Origin: Blasia pusilla
Lineage: Eukaryota
Length of the DNA stretch: 64,000 bases
Reading direction: 5' to 3'
Assembly: GCA_050084515.1 (NCBI GenBank)
Contig: CM114271.1
Span: 32,178,001-32,242,000 of the forward strand
Under the pieces are notes generated by a model. That model ran no database searches. It was not told the origin of the DNA and was given only the letters and a program-made list of their open reading frames with translations. A program made the position numbers and the translations under genes. The stretch's first letter is position 1, and each line of letters begins with the position of its first letter. Of this stretch, positions 47,647 to 60,050 are shown one piece after another.

Positions 47647-48402
47647 ATGACTACTCAAGACGAAATCTTGAATCTAGTGCAAGTCGTCTTGCACGAATTG
47701 AAAGAGCTTCGACAAGAATTCAAGGTGCAAACTTCTCAATTAAACCATGCACATATTCAAATCCGAGAGTTGAAGGCAACGCAAGAGGTTTTGAAGAAAG
47801 TGTTGAAAGATAGTTCTAGTGTGATGCTCGATCTTTCCAAATCCGTTGCGGATGTTCAAGAGAAGGCATCATCCTTGGTGACTACTCCCAATAGTTCAGG
47901 ATTGCATGAGGTTGTTGAAACTTTAGAAGTGAAAATGAAATCTTATGCTGAAGCTACAAAGGTTGCTCATATCTCTTTCTGTCAAGAGCAAGAGATAGAA
48001 AAAGAAAACCAATTTGCGCGTAGAAAGAATGTGAGAATCTCAGGTTTGCCGGAAACAGAGAGCAAAGAGGTGAAGAGTGTTGTCACCAAGTTCTTGGTTG
48101 ATACACTTCATGTTCATAACCCGGACTTGGCTCAAGCTTTTCGCATTGGGAAAACGGGCACACAACCTCGTGCCATTCTAGTCAAGTTTGTTGATCAAAC
48201 TCAACGTGATACTGCCATGGCTAACAAGGCCATTCTCAAAGGACGGAGGATATGGTTGGATCCTGATCTCACACCTCTACAAGTCGAAGCTAGGAGAAAA
48301 GAGCTTGCAAAGGTCAAAGAGGCTCAAGAAGCAGGTTTTATTGCTTATCTACGCGATGGGCGAGCAATTGTTACCCGGAGAAAAAGAGAGTTATCAACCT
48401 AG
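47647..48402 (+). CDS. LINE ORF1 protein (coiled coil plus RRM-like domain)
   Basis: ATG at 47647 conserved with the minus copy (44246); RRKNVRISGLPE...AFRIGK...PRAILVKF...IWLDPDLT. Confidence 0.88.
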   Translation: MTTQDEILNLVQVVLHELKELRQEFKVQTSQLNHAHIQIRELKATQEVLKKVLKDSSSVMLDLSKSVADVQEKASSLVTTPNSSGLHEVVETLEVKMKSYAEATKVAHISFCQEQEIEKENQFARRKNVRISGLPETESKEVKSVVTKFLVDTLHVHNPDLAQAFRIGKTGTQPRAILVKFVDQTQRDTAMANKAILKGRRIWLDPDLTPLQVEARRKELAKVKEAQEAGFIAYLRDGRAIVTRRKRELST

Positions 48403-51400
48403 CAATCCAAGAAGCTGAGAGTGTTGATGTGGAATATATGAGGCCTTTCAACAACAAAGTATGTGAGTGCTCTACCAATTTGGGAGATGGCGGATATTAT
48501 CAATATTGTGGAGACTTGGGAACATGAGAGCAATACTATTGCAGAGATGCAAGGGTTTACTTTGGTGGGATCGACATGGAATCAAAGAAGGCAACGGGCA
48601 GGAAGGGGTTATGGCGGTATTGCTACATTCATCAGGTCTCAATTTCTACCTCTCATTCATCTAGAAGATCAAGATATCGGGGGCCAATATCATTGGCTAC
48701 GTCTTGGTTTGGCTGGGGGATCTTATTATTATTTGGCAGTTTGTTATTTTGCACCACTCTCCATGCCTATCTACTCAACACGCACTCACAATCGAAGTCA
48801 ACCGTTCCATCGACTTATTGGGGATGTTCTCAAATATCAAAGCAAAGGTGAAGTCTTTCTAGTTGGAGATTTCAATGCTCGCACACGTACTGCCCAATTT
48901 ACCCAATTCGGTGATTCCTTGATTTCTCCTCTTCTCAAAGAATATGAGGATGGTTTGTGGTCTAGAATCTCTTGGATCTTTCTACAAATCCTTTTGACAG
49001 CATTTTTAACCTTTGGAGCCACTTGTAATTTGAAAGTTCTTAATGGAACCTCTCATTTTCCCAACTCTCACTCCAATACGTGTTTCTCCTCTACCGGCGC
49101 TAGCACCATCGATTATCTTCTGTCCTCGCCCGCTGATAGCTCTCTTATCTCTAAATTTGATATTCTAGAACCTCAGCCTGAATCAGATCATGCACCTCTT
49201 TTGTTTACTCTCTCACTATCAAAGGCCATTCCTCTCTCGACATGTCAATCTATTTTAGCTTCTCCCAAGTTTTGCTTAGATCCTGGTAAAAAAGATCTTT
49301 ATATGCTACATTTACAAGAACTCTTGACTCGCATTGTATGGAGCCTGGATCCAAACACGGCAAGTATGCAACTAATTGAATTGCTCAAAAATAGTGCATC
49401 TAAGTTCTTTTCACGCCACAGGGATAGAAGTGCTAGGAGGGTGCCTTGTAATGGGTGGTTTGACTCTGAATGCAAGCAAGCAAGGGCACGATCAGTTGAT
49501 AAATCTTTGGATATCCCAAGTCGGCTTATTATGACGAGCCTTTACAAATACTTGGTGAAATCTAAGAAACGAGCTTTCTTGCGGCGGAAATAAGAGTCCT
49601 TGACAAGGGAGCTACATGAGGACCCCAAATCATTTTGGAGACGGTTAGTAGTACGGTCTTCAAAACCTATTCTTGATCCCAAGTCTTTGATATCTTTTGC
49701 CGAAAAGCTCTATTTCTTCCCCGATGCTACATCTATGCCACGTTGTGAAGGAATACATGGCTTATTCTCTGAAGGAGAGGTGATGACTCAACTTAGAAGA
49801 TTGGCGAATGGTAAATGTGAGGATTTGGATGGTCTTTCTATCATCTGTGAAAACTCCAAGTGGAGTAGGGGAGAGAGAGGGCAACCTTGAATGACTCCGA
49901 TGGTACTCAAGATCTCATGAGTTTGTGAAACCTTTGATCTTGGCCCGAACGGAATGGTATAATGTGGCCACTGTTGCTAGGAGATTTGGTGGTACTCCAA
50001 TGGCTTGCAGCCTATCCCACGAGAGCTTACGAGGTATAGTATCAAAAGCTTTCTTGAAATCGACGAAACCGCAGAACAAAGCTTTCCAATCCCATTGCCC
50101 TTAGATTTCTCCCGTAAAACACGCGAGGCCAAGCTTGATATGGTCGATGGTGTTGTATGTTGGGCGAAAAACCAGCTTGGACCCGTGCTCTCTTTTGGAA
50201 AGACTCTGTCCATACGCTCAACTTTGACTCCACCATTTTCCCAAACAGCTTGGCAAAAACACTACCCACCATGATAGCGCGATAGTTTGTCACCAAGTCC
50301 TTCTTTCCCGATTTGTGAATAGGAACAATCTCCCGTAGCGACCAAGTTGAAGGAAAACCATAGATAGCGGCATCACCCAATACTTCGGTGAGGATCGGTC
50401 GAATAGAATCTCCTCCCCACTTGAAAAGTTCACTAGAAGGACCATCCAAATCCGCACATTTACCATCTGCTAATCTTTTTAGTTGAGTTGTCACCTCTGC
50501 TTCAGAGAATAAGCCCCGGCCGGTATTCACGGACAGTGGTGCAGAATAATAAACTGCTAGATAGATAAACAACAAGATCCCCCGACCAAACCAAGACGTA
50601 GCCAATGATATTGGCCCCCCGATATCTTGATCTTCTAGATGTATCAAAGGTAGAAATTGACACCTGATGAAAGCAGCGATACCGCCGTAACCCCTTCCAA
50701 CCCGTTGCCTTCTTTGGTTCCATGTTGATCCCACCAAAGTGAACCCTTGCATCTCTGTAATAGTATTGCTCTCATGTTCCCAAGTCTCCACAATGTTGAT
50801 GATGTCCGCCATCTCCCAAACCGGTAGAAACCTATTTTTCTTTCCTTTCTATCTCTTTGCTCTTGACAGAAAGAGAGATATGAGCGGCCTCTGTAGCTTC
50901 AGCACAAGATTTCATTTTCACTTCTAAAGTTTTAACAACCTCGTGCAATCCTGAACTATTGGGAGTAGTCGCCAATGATGATGCCTTCTCTTGAACATCC
51001 GCGACACACTTGGAAAGGATCCAACATCACACTAGAGCTATCTTTCAACACCTCAGAGCTTCGAAGGTAACCAACTTCCACTCTCTCTTGCACGCAAAGT
51101 GCCCAACTATAATAATCACGAGGGAAATCAATGCCTAGATGGCTTGTACAAATTGAAAGCATCGATACGGCCGTAACCCTTTCCAACCCGTTGCCTTCTT
51201 TGGTTCCATGTCGATCCCACCAAAGTGAACCCTTGCATCTCTGCAATAGTATTGCTCTCATGTTCCCTAGTCTCTCATGTTCCCAAGTCTCGTGCAATCT
51301 TGAACTATTGGGAGTAGTCGCCAATGATGATGCCGTCTCTTGAACATCCGCGACACACTTGGAAAGCATCTAGCATCACACTAGAGCTATCTTTCAACAC

Positions 51401-53085
51401 TTTCTTCAACACCTCAGAGCTTCGAAGATAACCAACTTCCACTCTCTTTTGCACGCATAGTGCCCAACTATAATAATCACGAGGGAAATCAATGCCTAGA
51501 TATTTGTAACTCTTCGCTTGTTCTTATTACTAGCACGTGATGACATTAGTTTAGAAAAATACCTCGACACTTTGGCAAGGTTTTGTACCTAAAAAAAGAT
51601 GGAGGTTAATATAAAGAAGTATAAAGTTTTTTTAGTGGATACTAGATCGAAGTTCTCATTCTTTTACAAAGGTCTACAATCAGAACAAGTGAAGAGTTAC
51701 AAATATCTAGGCATCGATTTCTCTAATGACTATAGTTTGGCACTTTGCATGCAAAAGAGAGTAGAAGTTGGTTACAAAACTCTATATTCATTTTTAAATC
51801 GGTGTAGAAGAGCTCATCTTGTGTCTTGGGGTGTTAGGAAGTTCTTATTTAGGAGCTTAGTGTTGCATGTGGTCTTATACGGGATCCAAGTTTGAGGCCC
51901 TAATTGTAAGAAGACAGGTTAGGAGTGCGTGGAGAGGTTGCAAAAGAGATTTCTACAAGAAGAATTGGGTGTAAGAAACCAAACTCCGTACGATATTATC
52001 CATGTGGAAAGAGGTTGTCTTCCTCTAGAGGCTGAAGCTCTTTACTTGACCATCACTTACATCGCAAGGGTGAGATCTCTTGATGTTTCTTGCCTTCCTC
52101 ATCAAGCTTAGCGAGCCACACGTTCCATAGGTTGGATGGCGGATGTGGTGACTTGGTCTTCCAAGTGGAATGTGGCGGAACGCGATTAGGACTTGAAACC
52201 GATGGCACTCCGCGAGCATCTACAAAAGCAATTTCTCAACATTATTTGGAGCAGCCCGGGCACCAAAATGGAGTTTTATCAACTTCATGTTAATCCTATG
52301 CTTGTATATTGTGAACAAGGATACCTACTTGCAGGGATCTCCACGTTCTTATGTCATATTATCGCACGACATAGAACTGGGTCTTATAGGCTAGGAATTG
52401 AGGAAGGATAATGGTTTAATATTGATAAAAGTGAACGAATTTGTAGGTTATGTGAGGGAGAAAATATTGAGGATGAAGAGCATGTGTTTGTTAGATGTCC
52501 AAGGTATGAAGAGATTAGACTAGCTCATAAAATAGATATGAAGAATTTCTATTCTTTATTACAGCTAGTGCCTTATGATTTAGGTTGTTATATTAGGGAC
52601 GTCATTATTCAACTCAAGTGCTCTACGCAGTAGTTAGGAGAAGGTCTTTAGGATCTTTTTTTGGGTCAGTGAATGAATGACTTGTAATGTGTTTTTCAGC
52701 CTTTTGACCCTTTGGGTCCCACGGGCGTGATCTATTTACCATTTATCTTTCCAAGATATTTAAGATGTCTTGATTGACTTACAATTGTTAATATCATGGT
52801 GTGAACATCAATTTCTTACTTCTTCTAAATTAGAGTTTGCAGGCTTATTATGTCAGCTTGAGCGTAAGCCATGGCAAAATATATAGGGAGAAGGAATAAG
52901 TTTCACCTTGGATAATAAATGGTGTCTTCCATTGTAACTCTACCTTTGCAAGCTCTCTCAAAATCAGTTCCTGAACTAGTGAAACAACATTTTGTGTCAT
53001 GATTTGCTAGCATACTACCTTCGCATTTGGTGAACAATAAGGTAGTTCAAGAGTGTGCAGAAGAAGCTCTCAAAGAGTCTCAGAT

Positions 53086-54087
53086 TGTCGCGCCCCTACT
53101 CTCCTTGAACGTCAATCTTTAGTGTTGCGGAAGCGTGCGTTCAGTAGGTCACGAACTCATCGCCGATCTGCACCCAAACACGCACTCTCGTTAGTCGGGT
53201 TTGGCCAACCGGCGTTCCAACCCACCGAGTCCTCAACTCGGCGTCTCATCAAGCTCAACCTTCCCTAGTTCCTAGCTTCCAACACATGGCAAGTCCTTCA
53301 AGACTTGGAACAGACTTCCTGGTTAGTCCAAGGATTTGAAACGGCACTTGCGCGCCTAGCGATCCCAACTGTTCAACGGTCCTCGGGTGAGTTCCGAACC
53401 GAGACCCAAGTAATTGAGTCGCGGGGTGGAATCCAAGAGGGATGTCTAAAATCGCCTCCCTAGACTTGGTGCAGGTTTTCCAACCCAACCCCCAAACTCG
53501 CGTTCCGTTCCATGCCCTTGAGCCGCCCCGCGGCGCCCAAAGTGGGGTTTGGGTTCCAAGCACTCTCGGAGACCTTCCTCCTTACGAGTACTTCTGGGGT
53601 TCTCCAATAACCCCTCCCCTTTGGGAAAAGAGGTTCGGGCCCTTCATTGTGGCCCTCAACCCGACTCCACTTACAGTTGTTTTCGGGTTGTATCTCTGCC
53701 GCTGCTTATGCGTTTGCAGCAATCTTTGGTGCGTTTGGACCGGTTCTCCATAAGCTTTCCAACGCACCCTTATTTTCTCCAAACGCATCTTGGCGCTAAA
53801 AGTTATGGCCATAAATACAGTCGGAAACTCTCAAACGCTAGTGGCGTTCCAAATCCGGATCTTCCTTTTGGCAACCCACTTCCTAGACTCGACTTCTTTC
53901 AAGTCTCATTCCGCGTTTGGTCCAGGTTTCTGAGTCGCGACCATCACATCTGAAACGCGACTTCTCACTCGCGTCTCGTCTCTTGTCTCCTCTTTGAGAC
54001 AACTCCAACGCGCAAACCATCTTAGCGTGAGCCCGCTAATGTTCCGATGTTCCGCTTGGCACTTGTTTGGTCATGAGGGTCGCGACA
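53086..54087 (-). repeat. 3' LTR of the chromovirus (1002 bp)
   Basis: Terminal inverted repeat TGTCGCG...CGCGACA; adjacent PPT AAAAGAGGGGTGAG on the minus strand. The partner LTR is not in the window. Confidence 0.8.
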
Positions 54088-54824
54088 CTCACCCCTCTTT
54101 TAGAGGTTGATGCCCTCATCAACGCAAACTTTTATTATGTCAAGTCTCCTGGGCAGCCTATCCCTTGACATTGAATTGCGTTCTGGTGGCTAACCCGCAA
54201 TTCCTCTTAGTCTCTAGTTGTCGCTTTGCCCCACTTAGAATTATTAGCCTCTCCTCTTCGATAAGCCTGGACTAGTTCCAAGGAACTAACCTATCAAATA
54301 AGCTAACTAAGTGTGCAACCTTAGACTCTTTTCGACTCATTACTGTAAACATCACACCTGTTTACCTGGTCCACAAATCGTACTACTATTGGGTCGCTCT
54401 CGTATTCGACTTAGGCGCATCACTAAGTTTACTTATGTGGCCACAAGTAAGATCACCCCAAGCCCCAAGATAGACGTCATATGCCCCGCCGACGCTAGGG
54501 CGAGCCCGAGTGTAATCCAACACAAGGTCCTGTTCTAGGTGCTTATCCACATACAAGCTCTCACCTCAAATACTCCTTGTCTGTCCTCTTGTCGTACATT
54601 CTAAGCCTATGATGAACGACTCATAGCCATGCACTACCACATACAAATTGCAATCAACATTGGTATCGAATCTCCAAATCCATACACTCCTTTATTGCAA
54701 CACTAGCATATTCTAGTTACAACGGCCTTCGGCCCAAGATTCCACTGGTTACAAGTCATGTCTCTAGCTTCTCCTCGTACTAACGTTTGTGCTTCGCTTG
54801 TGTTCGCTTGAAGTCACGCAGCAA

Positions 54825-57800
54825 CTATTGCACGTGTTCCAAATCCGCCTCCGCAATCCAAGTCGCCTCCTTCACATGGTAGCCCTTCCATTTGACCAAG
54901 TATTCATACTTGTTGGCCCGACGTCTCGAACGTAAGATGGTCTCCACCTCGAACTCCGGCTCCTCATTTACGATGACAGGGTGCGGTCTCACCACCTGTC
55001 TCCGCTCGAAACGTCCATTATCTTGAAGGTATTTCTTCAACAATGACACAGGAAAGGTCGGGTGAATCTTGAACTCGTCCGGCAACCTCAACGTATACAC
55101 ATCCTCAAACGGGTTTGCCACAATCACATACGGTCCAAAGATACTTGGCGGATGACCCGCAGACAACTCTTTCGGAAGAGTGAGATTCTTGAGACTCAAC
55201 CACACTTGTTCTCCAACTTGGAATCGTACTTGGCGCCGACTCTTGTTAGCATGCTTAACGTACCTCATTTGAGCCTTTGCAAGACTTCGCCTCGCGCTCT
55301 CTTCTTGTTCTCGCATCTCTACCAACAAACTTTTTCGTGCCGCTTGTCGTGTTCGTGCCAATGTAGTACCCTTCGAAGGGGTAGATCAAGAGGCCCTTCG
55401 GCTCGTCCATTTGCCAGGAGAAACAGAGATTCTCTTGTTGCAGAATGCTTGGTCGAGTTTAGCAAAGTATTCCGCCATGCTTTGCCACCTAACCTAATCG
55501 CGTTGATCAAGACGACATAATTCCTCAATCTTCGATTCACGATAGAGTTAACCTTTTCATCTGTCCATCCGCTACGTGGGTGGAAAGCCGATGAAACTCA
55601 GCTTGGTCTTAAACCTTCGAACAAGTGCTTCGAAAGCATCTGGTAAACTTTGATCCCGATCTGAAACAATGCTCCTCGGCAAACCATGAGCACGCCACCA
55701 GCTATCGAGGAATAGTTCTTTGTCAGATATCGCCGTTCAGAATCCACCGTCGCACGAATCTCGCCAACTTGCTAAACCGATCAACAATCACAAGTATAGC
55801 GTTGTATCCCCCACATTCCGGAAGACTCATGATGAAATCCATACTCACACTTTGCAAGGGTCCTTCGGGGATCGGCAAGGGATGCAGCAAGCCCTGTTTC
55901 TTATCATAAGAGACTCTATTCGTTTGGCAGGTCACACAGGTCTTCACATATTGAGCAACATCCTCCTTCATGTTGGGCCAAAAAGAACCGCCGAGAGCGG
56001 CTAGCGTAGATTTCTCTCCTTTATGTCCTGCCAAGGGCCCGTCGTGACATTCCGCTAACACCTTGGTTCGCATCCTGCCTTGCCCTACATAGATCCTACT
56101 CTGTTTGAACCTTAATAAACCGTGCCTCAAACTTATGTTGGCCATCTTCTCCCCCTGCTTCAACTTCCTCAAGTATTCCCCTACTTGAGCATCCTTCATA
56201 TATCCCTCATGAATCCTTCTCTCCAGATCTGTTTCCTTAGGGAACATTGCTCTCAAGGCCTGTGTCGTCGATGGCATGTGTTCCTCCTTGCGACTTAACG
56301 CATCTGGAATCACATTATCTTTACCTCGCTTGTGGATCAACTCTACATCCATCAGCACCAAAGTATCATACCACCGCAGTTGTTTCGGCGTCACTCGATC
56401 CTGGGTCTCAAAATACTTGAGTGATATATTATCGGTGAATACTCGAGTCCTGTGGAGCCCTAGATAATGCCGCCACTTCCTCAAGCAACGTACCACCGCG
56501 AACAACTCTTTTTAGTGAGTAGGCCATCTCCTTTCAGTGTTGCTAAGCTTCTTGCTCTCATATGCCACCGGTCTCCCTTCTTGCACCAACATTCCTGCAA
56601 CCGCAAAATCACTAGCATGGGTATGCACTTCGAACGGTTTGTCAAACTCCGGCAGCTTTAACACTGGTTCCTGCGATAGAATCTGCTTCACTCGGTTGAA
56701 TGCCTCATTAACTTCCTGGGTCCAAGTCGTGTTGGCAAACTTTGTTGTCCAATCCGTGAGAGGTCTCACAATTCCCGAAAAAGTTTTTCACATAAGTACG
56801 ATAAAATTGCACCGCACCTATGAACCTCCTCATCCCCTTTACAGTGGATGGGGGTTCCCACTCGGAAATCGCCTTTACCTTTTCCATGTCCGGATCGACG
56901 CCATCTCACGACCGACCACGTGACCCAAGAATTTGATCTTACTCAAACCAAATTCGCTCTTCTCTCGTTCGATCTGGTTGATTTGCCCTTAGCTTAGACA
57001 AGACCGCTCTCACATGTCGAACGTGCTCCTCTAGTGACTTCGAATAGATAAGTATGTCATTGATATAGATGATAACATACTCATCCATTTCCTTGTGAAA
57101 AATGGAGTTCATCAATGTGGTGAACGTCGGAGGCGCGTTACATAAACCGAAAGGCATCACTACAAACTCAAAGGAACGTATCTCGTCCGCACGATCTTCT
57201 CCACATCGCCTCGGCAATCCAAATCTGGTAATATCGACTTCAAGTCAATCCTACTGAAATATCTCGCTTTGCCACCCGACCTATCAAAGAGATCATCTAT
57301 CCTCGGAAGAGGATAATTGTTCGAACCGTCACTTTGTTCGGTGCACGGTAATCAACACACTGACCTCATCTTTCCATCCTTCTTCTTTACAAAGAGAACA
57401 GGTGCTCCATAAGGTGACTTGCTAGTCCTAATGTAACCCTTTTCCAAGAGCTCACTTAACTGCTTTTTCAACTCAAGAAGTTCCTCCTGATTCAACCTAT
57501 ATGGTGCTTTTGAAGGCGGTTGGGAACCGGGTATGATCTCTATCTTATGATCTACGGCTCTATGCGGCGGTAATTCAGTTGGAAGCTCATTTGTCAAGAC
57601 ATCCTCAAACTCCTTGACCACTTCCTGGAGTGGTTCTGGGATTCCCCTTGAAGCAGTGTCCTGATCTCTGCGTATACTACTTGTAGCCTCCTCCACTTGT
57701 CTCATCAAGCAGAGAAATCCATCCTCCAACTCAGTCATGCTCCTCCTTGTGATCGAGTTCACCAACTCCATCTTCGCTGGAACCTCACGGACCAACCGCA

Positions 57801-59050
57801 CCTGTAACCGTTTGCCTTTTAACAAGACGCTCAACCTCAATGGTCAGCGTCTTAACTCCACCTCATACGCATCTAGAAATGTATTTCCCAAAACTCCGTC
57901 AATGCCGTCCATTTCGCATACAGTGAAATTCTCCTTCAACTCGAATACCCCGCATCCTACTGTCAAACCCAAGACCAAATCAGAAGTCCGATGAGACTTG
58001 CCTCCTACAAATCCCACTCGAATGGGCTCGTCCGCCTTAGAGGTAGACAGCCCCAGTTCCTTCACGATTTCGGGCTTAGGAAGGAGTGCAAGCACACTGT
58101 ATCCACGAGCAACAACACATCGCGATCAGCAATCTTGGATCTTAGGTACACCAAATTGTGCGTCCTCTTGGTGACTTGAAGGGCGTCTCGAGATCGCCCA
58201 CAACGGATGCTTAGCGAAAAACGCAATCATACTCCCATTACTAACCTTCGGTTTGAACACCCTTCGACAGTGCCCGGTTCGCCATAGTTGTAGCATACGA
58301 CCTTGCCGTTTCCTGTCTTTGAGTGTTGTCCTCCTTTCCGCTTCGCATGAAGTTCCACTCGTTTTGCTGCCGGGACAGACGAATCTCCTGGTTCGTGTTG
58401 GCCCCCACTCCAGCCTCTTTTGAACACCTCCTTATTTTTTGACTTCTTCGAAAAAAAAATTTGACTCGAAGGGTTTCTGGGTTTGGACCTCATCGTCCCC
58501 AATCCGCTCCGCTAGCTTCAGAAGGTCCGCGCAGGTCTCTGGCAACGTCGGCATTCGGTATAGGGCCTTTTCAGCACTCGGCTTGAGTCCACTAATGAAG
58601 ATAGCCTTCTTTGCGTGCTCATCCATCTTTGGACTAGAAGTCAGTTTTGCACTAAACTCCCTCACATACGCGCTTAAGGAACCACTCTGCCGCATCCACA
58701 CGCATTCCACCGTGTCACGCAACCCTTGATACTCCGGAGTGAACCGATCCCCAATCAACTCCTTGAACTCCTCCCAACTCAGAGGTGACTCGCCGCCCAG
58801 ATATTCCTCTCGTTGAGTTGTCCACCATTGTAGAGCATGATCCTTCAGGAAAGTAACGGCTACCGTCACCTTGTCTCGCTCAGTGACCCTCTACGCCTCG
58901 AAATCTGATTCGATTCGTAAGGAAATCCTTCACTTTCCGCGAGCGCCCCACTCCCGTGAATCGCGTGGGCAGGTTTGTCTTGCAGAGCTTTTTGCCCGCA
59001 CCCGGGTTTCGAGTGGCCTCTAACTCTGCAATCCAATTGCTTTGTTGGGA
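54825..59050 (-). pseudogene. Gypsy gag-pol with a C-terminal chromodomain, frameshifted
   Basis: Chromodomain FEVETILRSRRRANKYEYLVKWKGYHVKEATWIAEADL (~54835-54955) follows the GPY/F module. Confidence 0.9.
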
Positions 59051-59905
59051 CATCTGCTCCACCAACACTGTCGTGCGCATACATATCGCTACACAACATA
59101 CATCGCTGGTCACATCTACACCACACAACACCGATCTTCCCCACATACGGGTCGATCCACACATGTACAAAAATAAACTCATACATATACATGGAGATCA
59201 CTCAACAAAATATAAAGAGTAGTAAAAACGGCACACCCGGCCTAAAACTCCACTCCTCAATCTACATCGGCATATCGAGCCTCGTCCACCTTGTGCTATC
59301 AAGGAATCCGGACGCTAGCACCCTAGTCCTAGCTCACACACATACAAGGGAGGTGCTCCAACGGCCCAACATGAGAAAGATGGCTTAAGAAAGCCATCTT
59401 CCTCTCTTATATAGGTTGGGAAGAGCCAAGAGGCTCTTCTCCTAAAAATAGCCCTTCCTTGGTAACTTTTGTGTGCCGCAGGTTACTGAAGGGGCAGGTG
59501 ACACAGTCAACAAGTCACCCGGTGTAAAAGACCTCAACATGAAAGTCGTCAGAAACGACGTTCCTGACACAATGGACCTATCCTCAACCTCATCCGACAC
59601 TGTGGGACAAAGTTACACTGAAGATAGTCCGTTGGCTCCTATGCCCTATCCACGATAGATCTCGGCCTATCGGCTACTCAGATGTGACAGCTGTCGTGCG
59701 CATACATATCGCTACACAACATACATCGCTGGTCACATCTACACCACACAACACCGATCTTCCCCACACACGGGTCGATCCACACATGTACAAAAATATA
59801 CTCATACATATACATGGAGATCACTCAACCGCCCCCCTAGCTGGCACTTGGATCCCTCCAACTCCAGATAGAAAATATCACATCTCTCTGACATGACCTA
59901 CTACC

Positions 59906-60050
59906 TTATATACATCTCGGACACATCCATCGTCCCGTGGGAACCACATCAAGAGGGGGGGTCAGACATGACATATGCCACCCTCGAGAATAACCATCAC
60001 ATACCAACATGGTGGCTGCACCCCTCGCAGATCCGCACAACATACACCTC
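59906..60050 (-). other. PHD finger at the Gypsy Pol C-terminus
   Basis: CMLC...MLVCDGYSRGWHMSCLTPPLDVVPTGRWMCPRC fits the C4HC3 pattern with the fourth Cys read as Tyr. Confidence 0.88.

Larger units (their letters stand above)
47279..52745 (+). mobile_element. LINE family C with a scrambled, inverted middle (49841-51520)
   Basis: Intact ORF1; APE at 48426-49593; sense RT C-terminus and Zn finger at 51525-52635; tail TCTATTTACCATTTA at ~52731-52745. Confidence 0.88.
53086..59068 (-). mobile_element. Ty3/Gypsy chromovirus, interrupted near the gag start by a second Gypsy; 5' LTR outside the window
   Basis: 3' LTR 53086-54087; PPT at 54088-54101; gag 58432-58869; RT VMPFGLCNAP and YINDILI; RNase H ASDFAV; integrase SMDFI...IVDRFSK; chromodomain. 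Confidence 0.92.

Noticed and set aside
59678-59684. CAGAT as the TSD partner of 53081-53085
   Set aside because: It is inside the second Gypsy's LTR, and no matching 5' LTR of the chromovirus is present.
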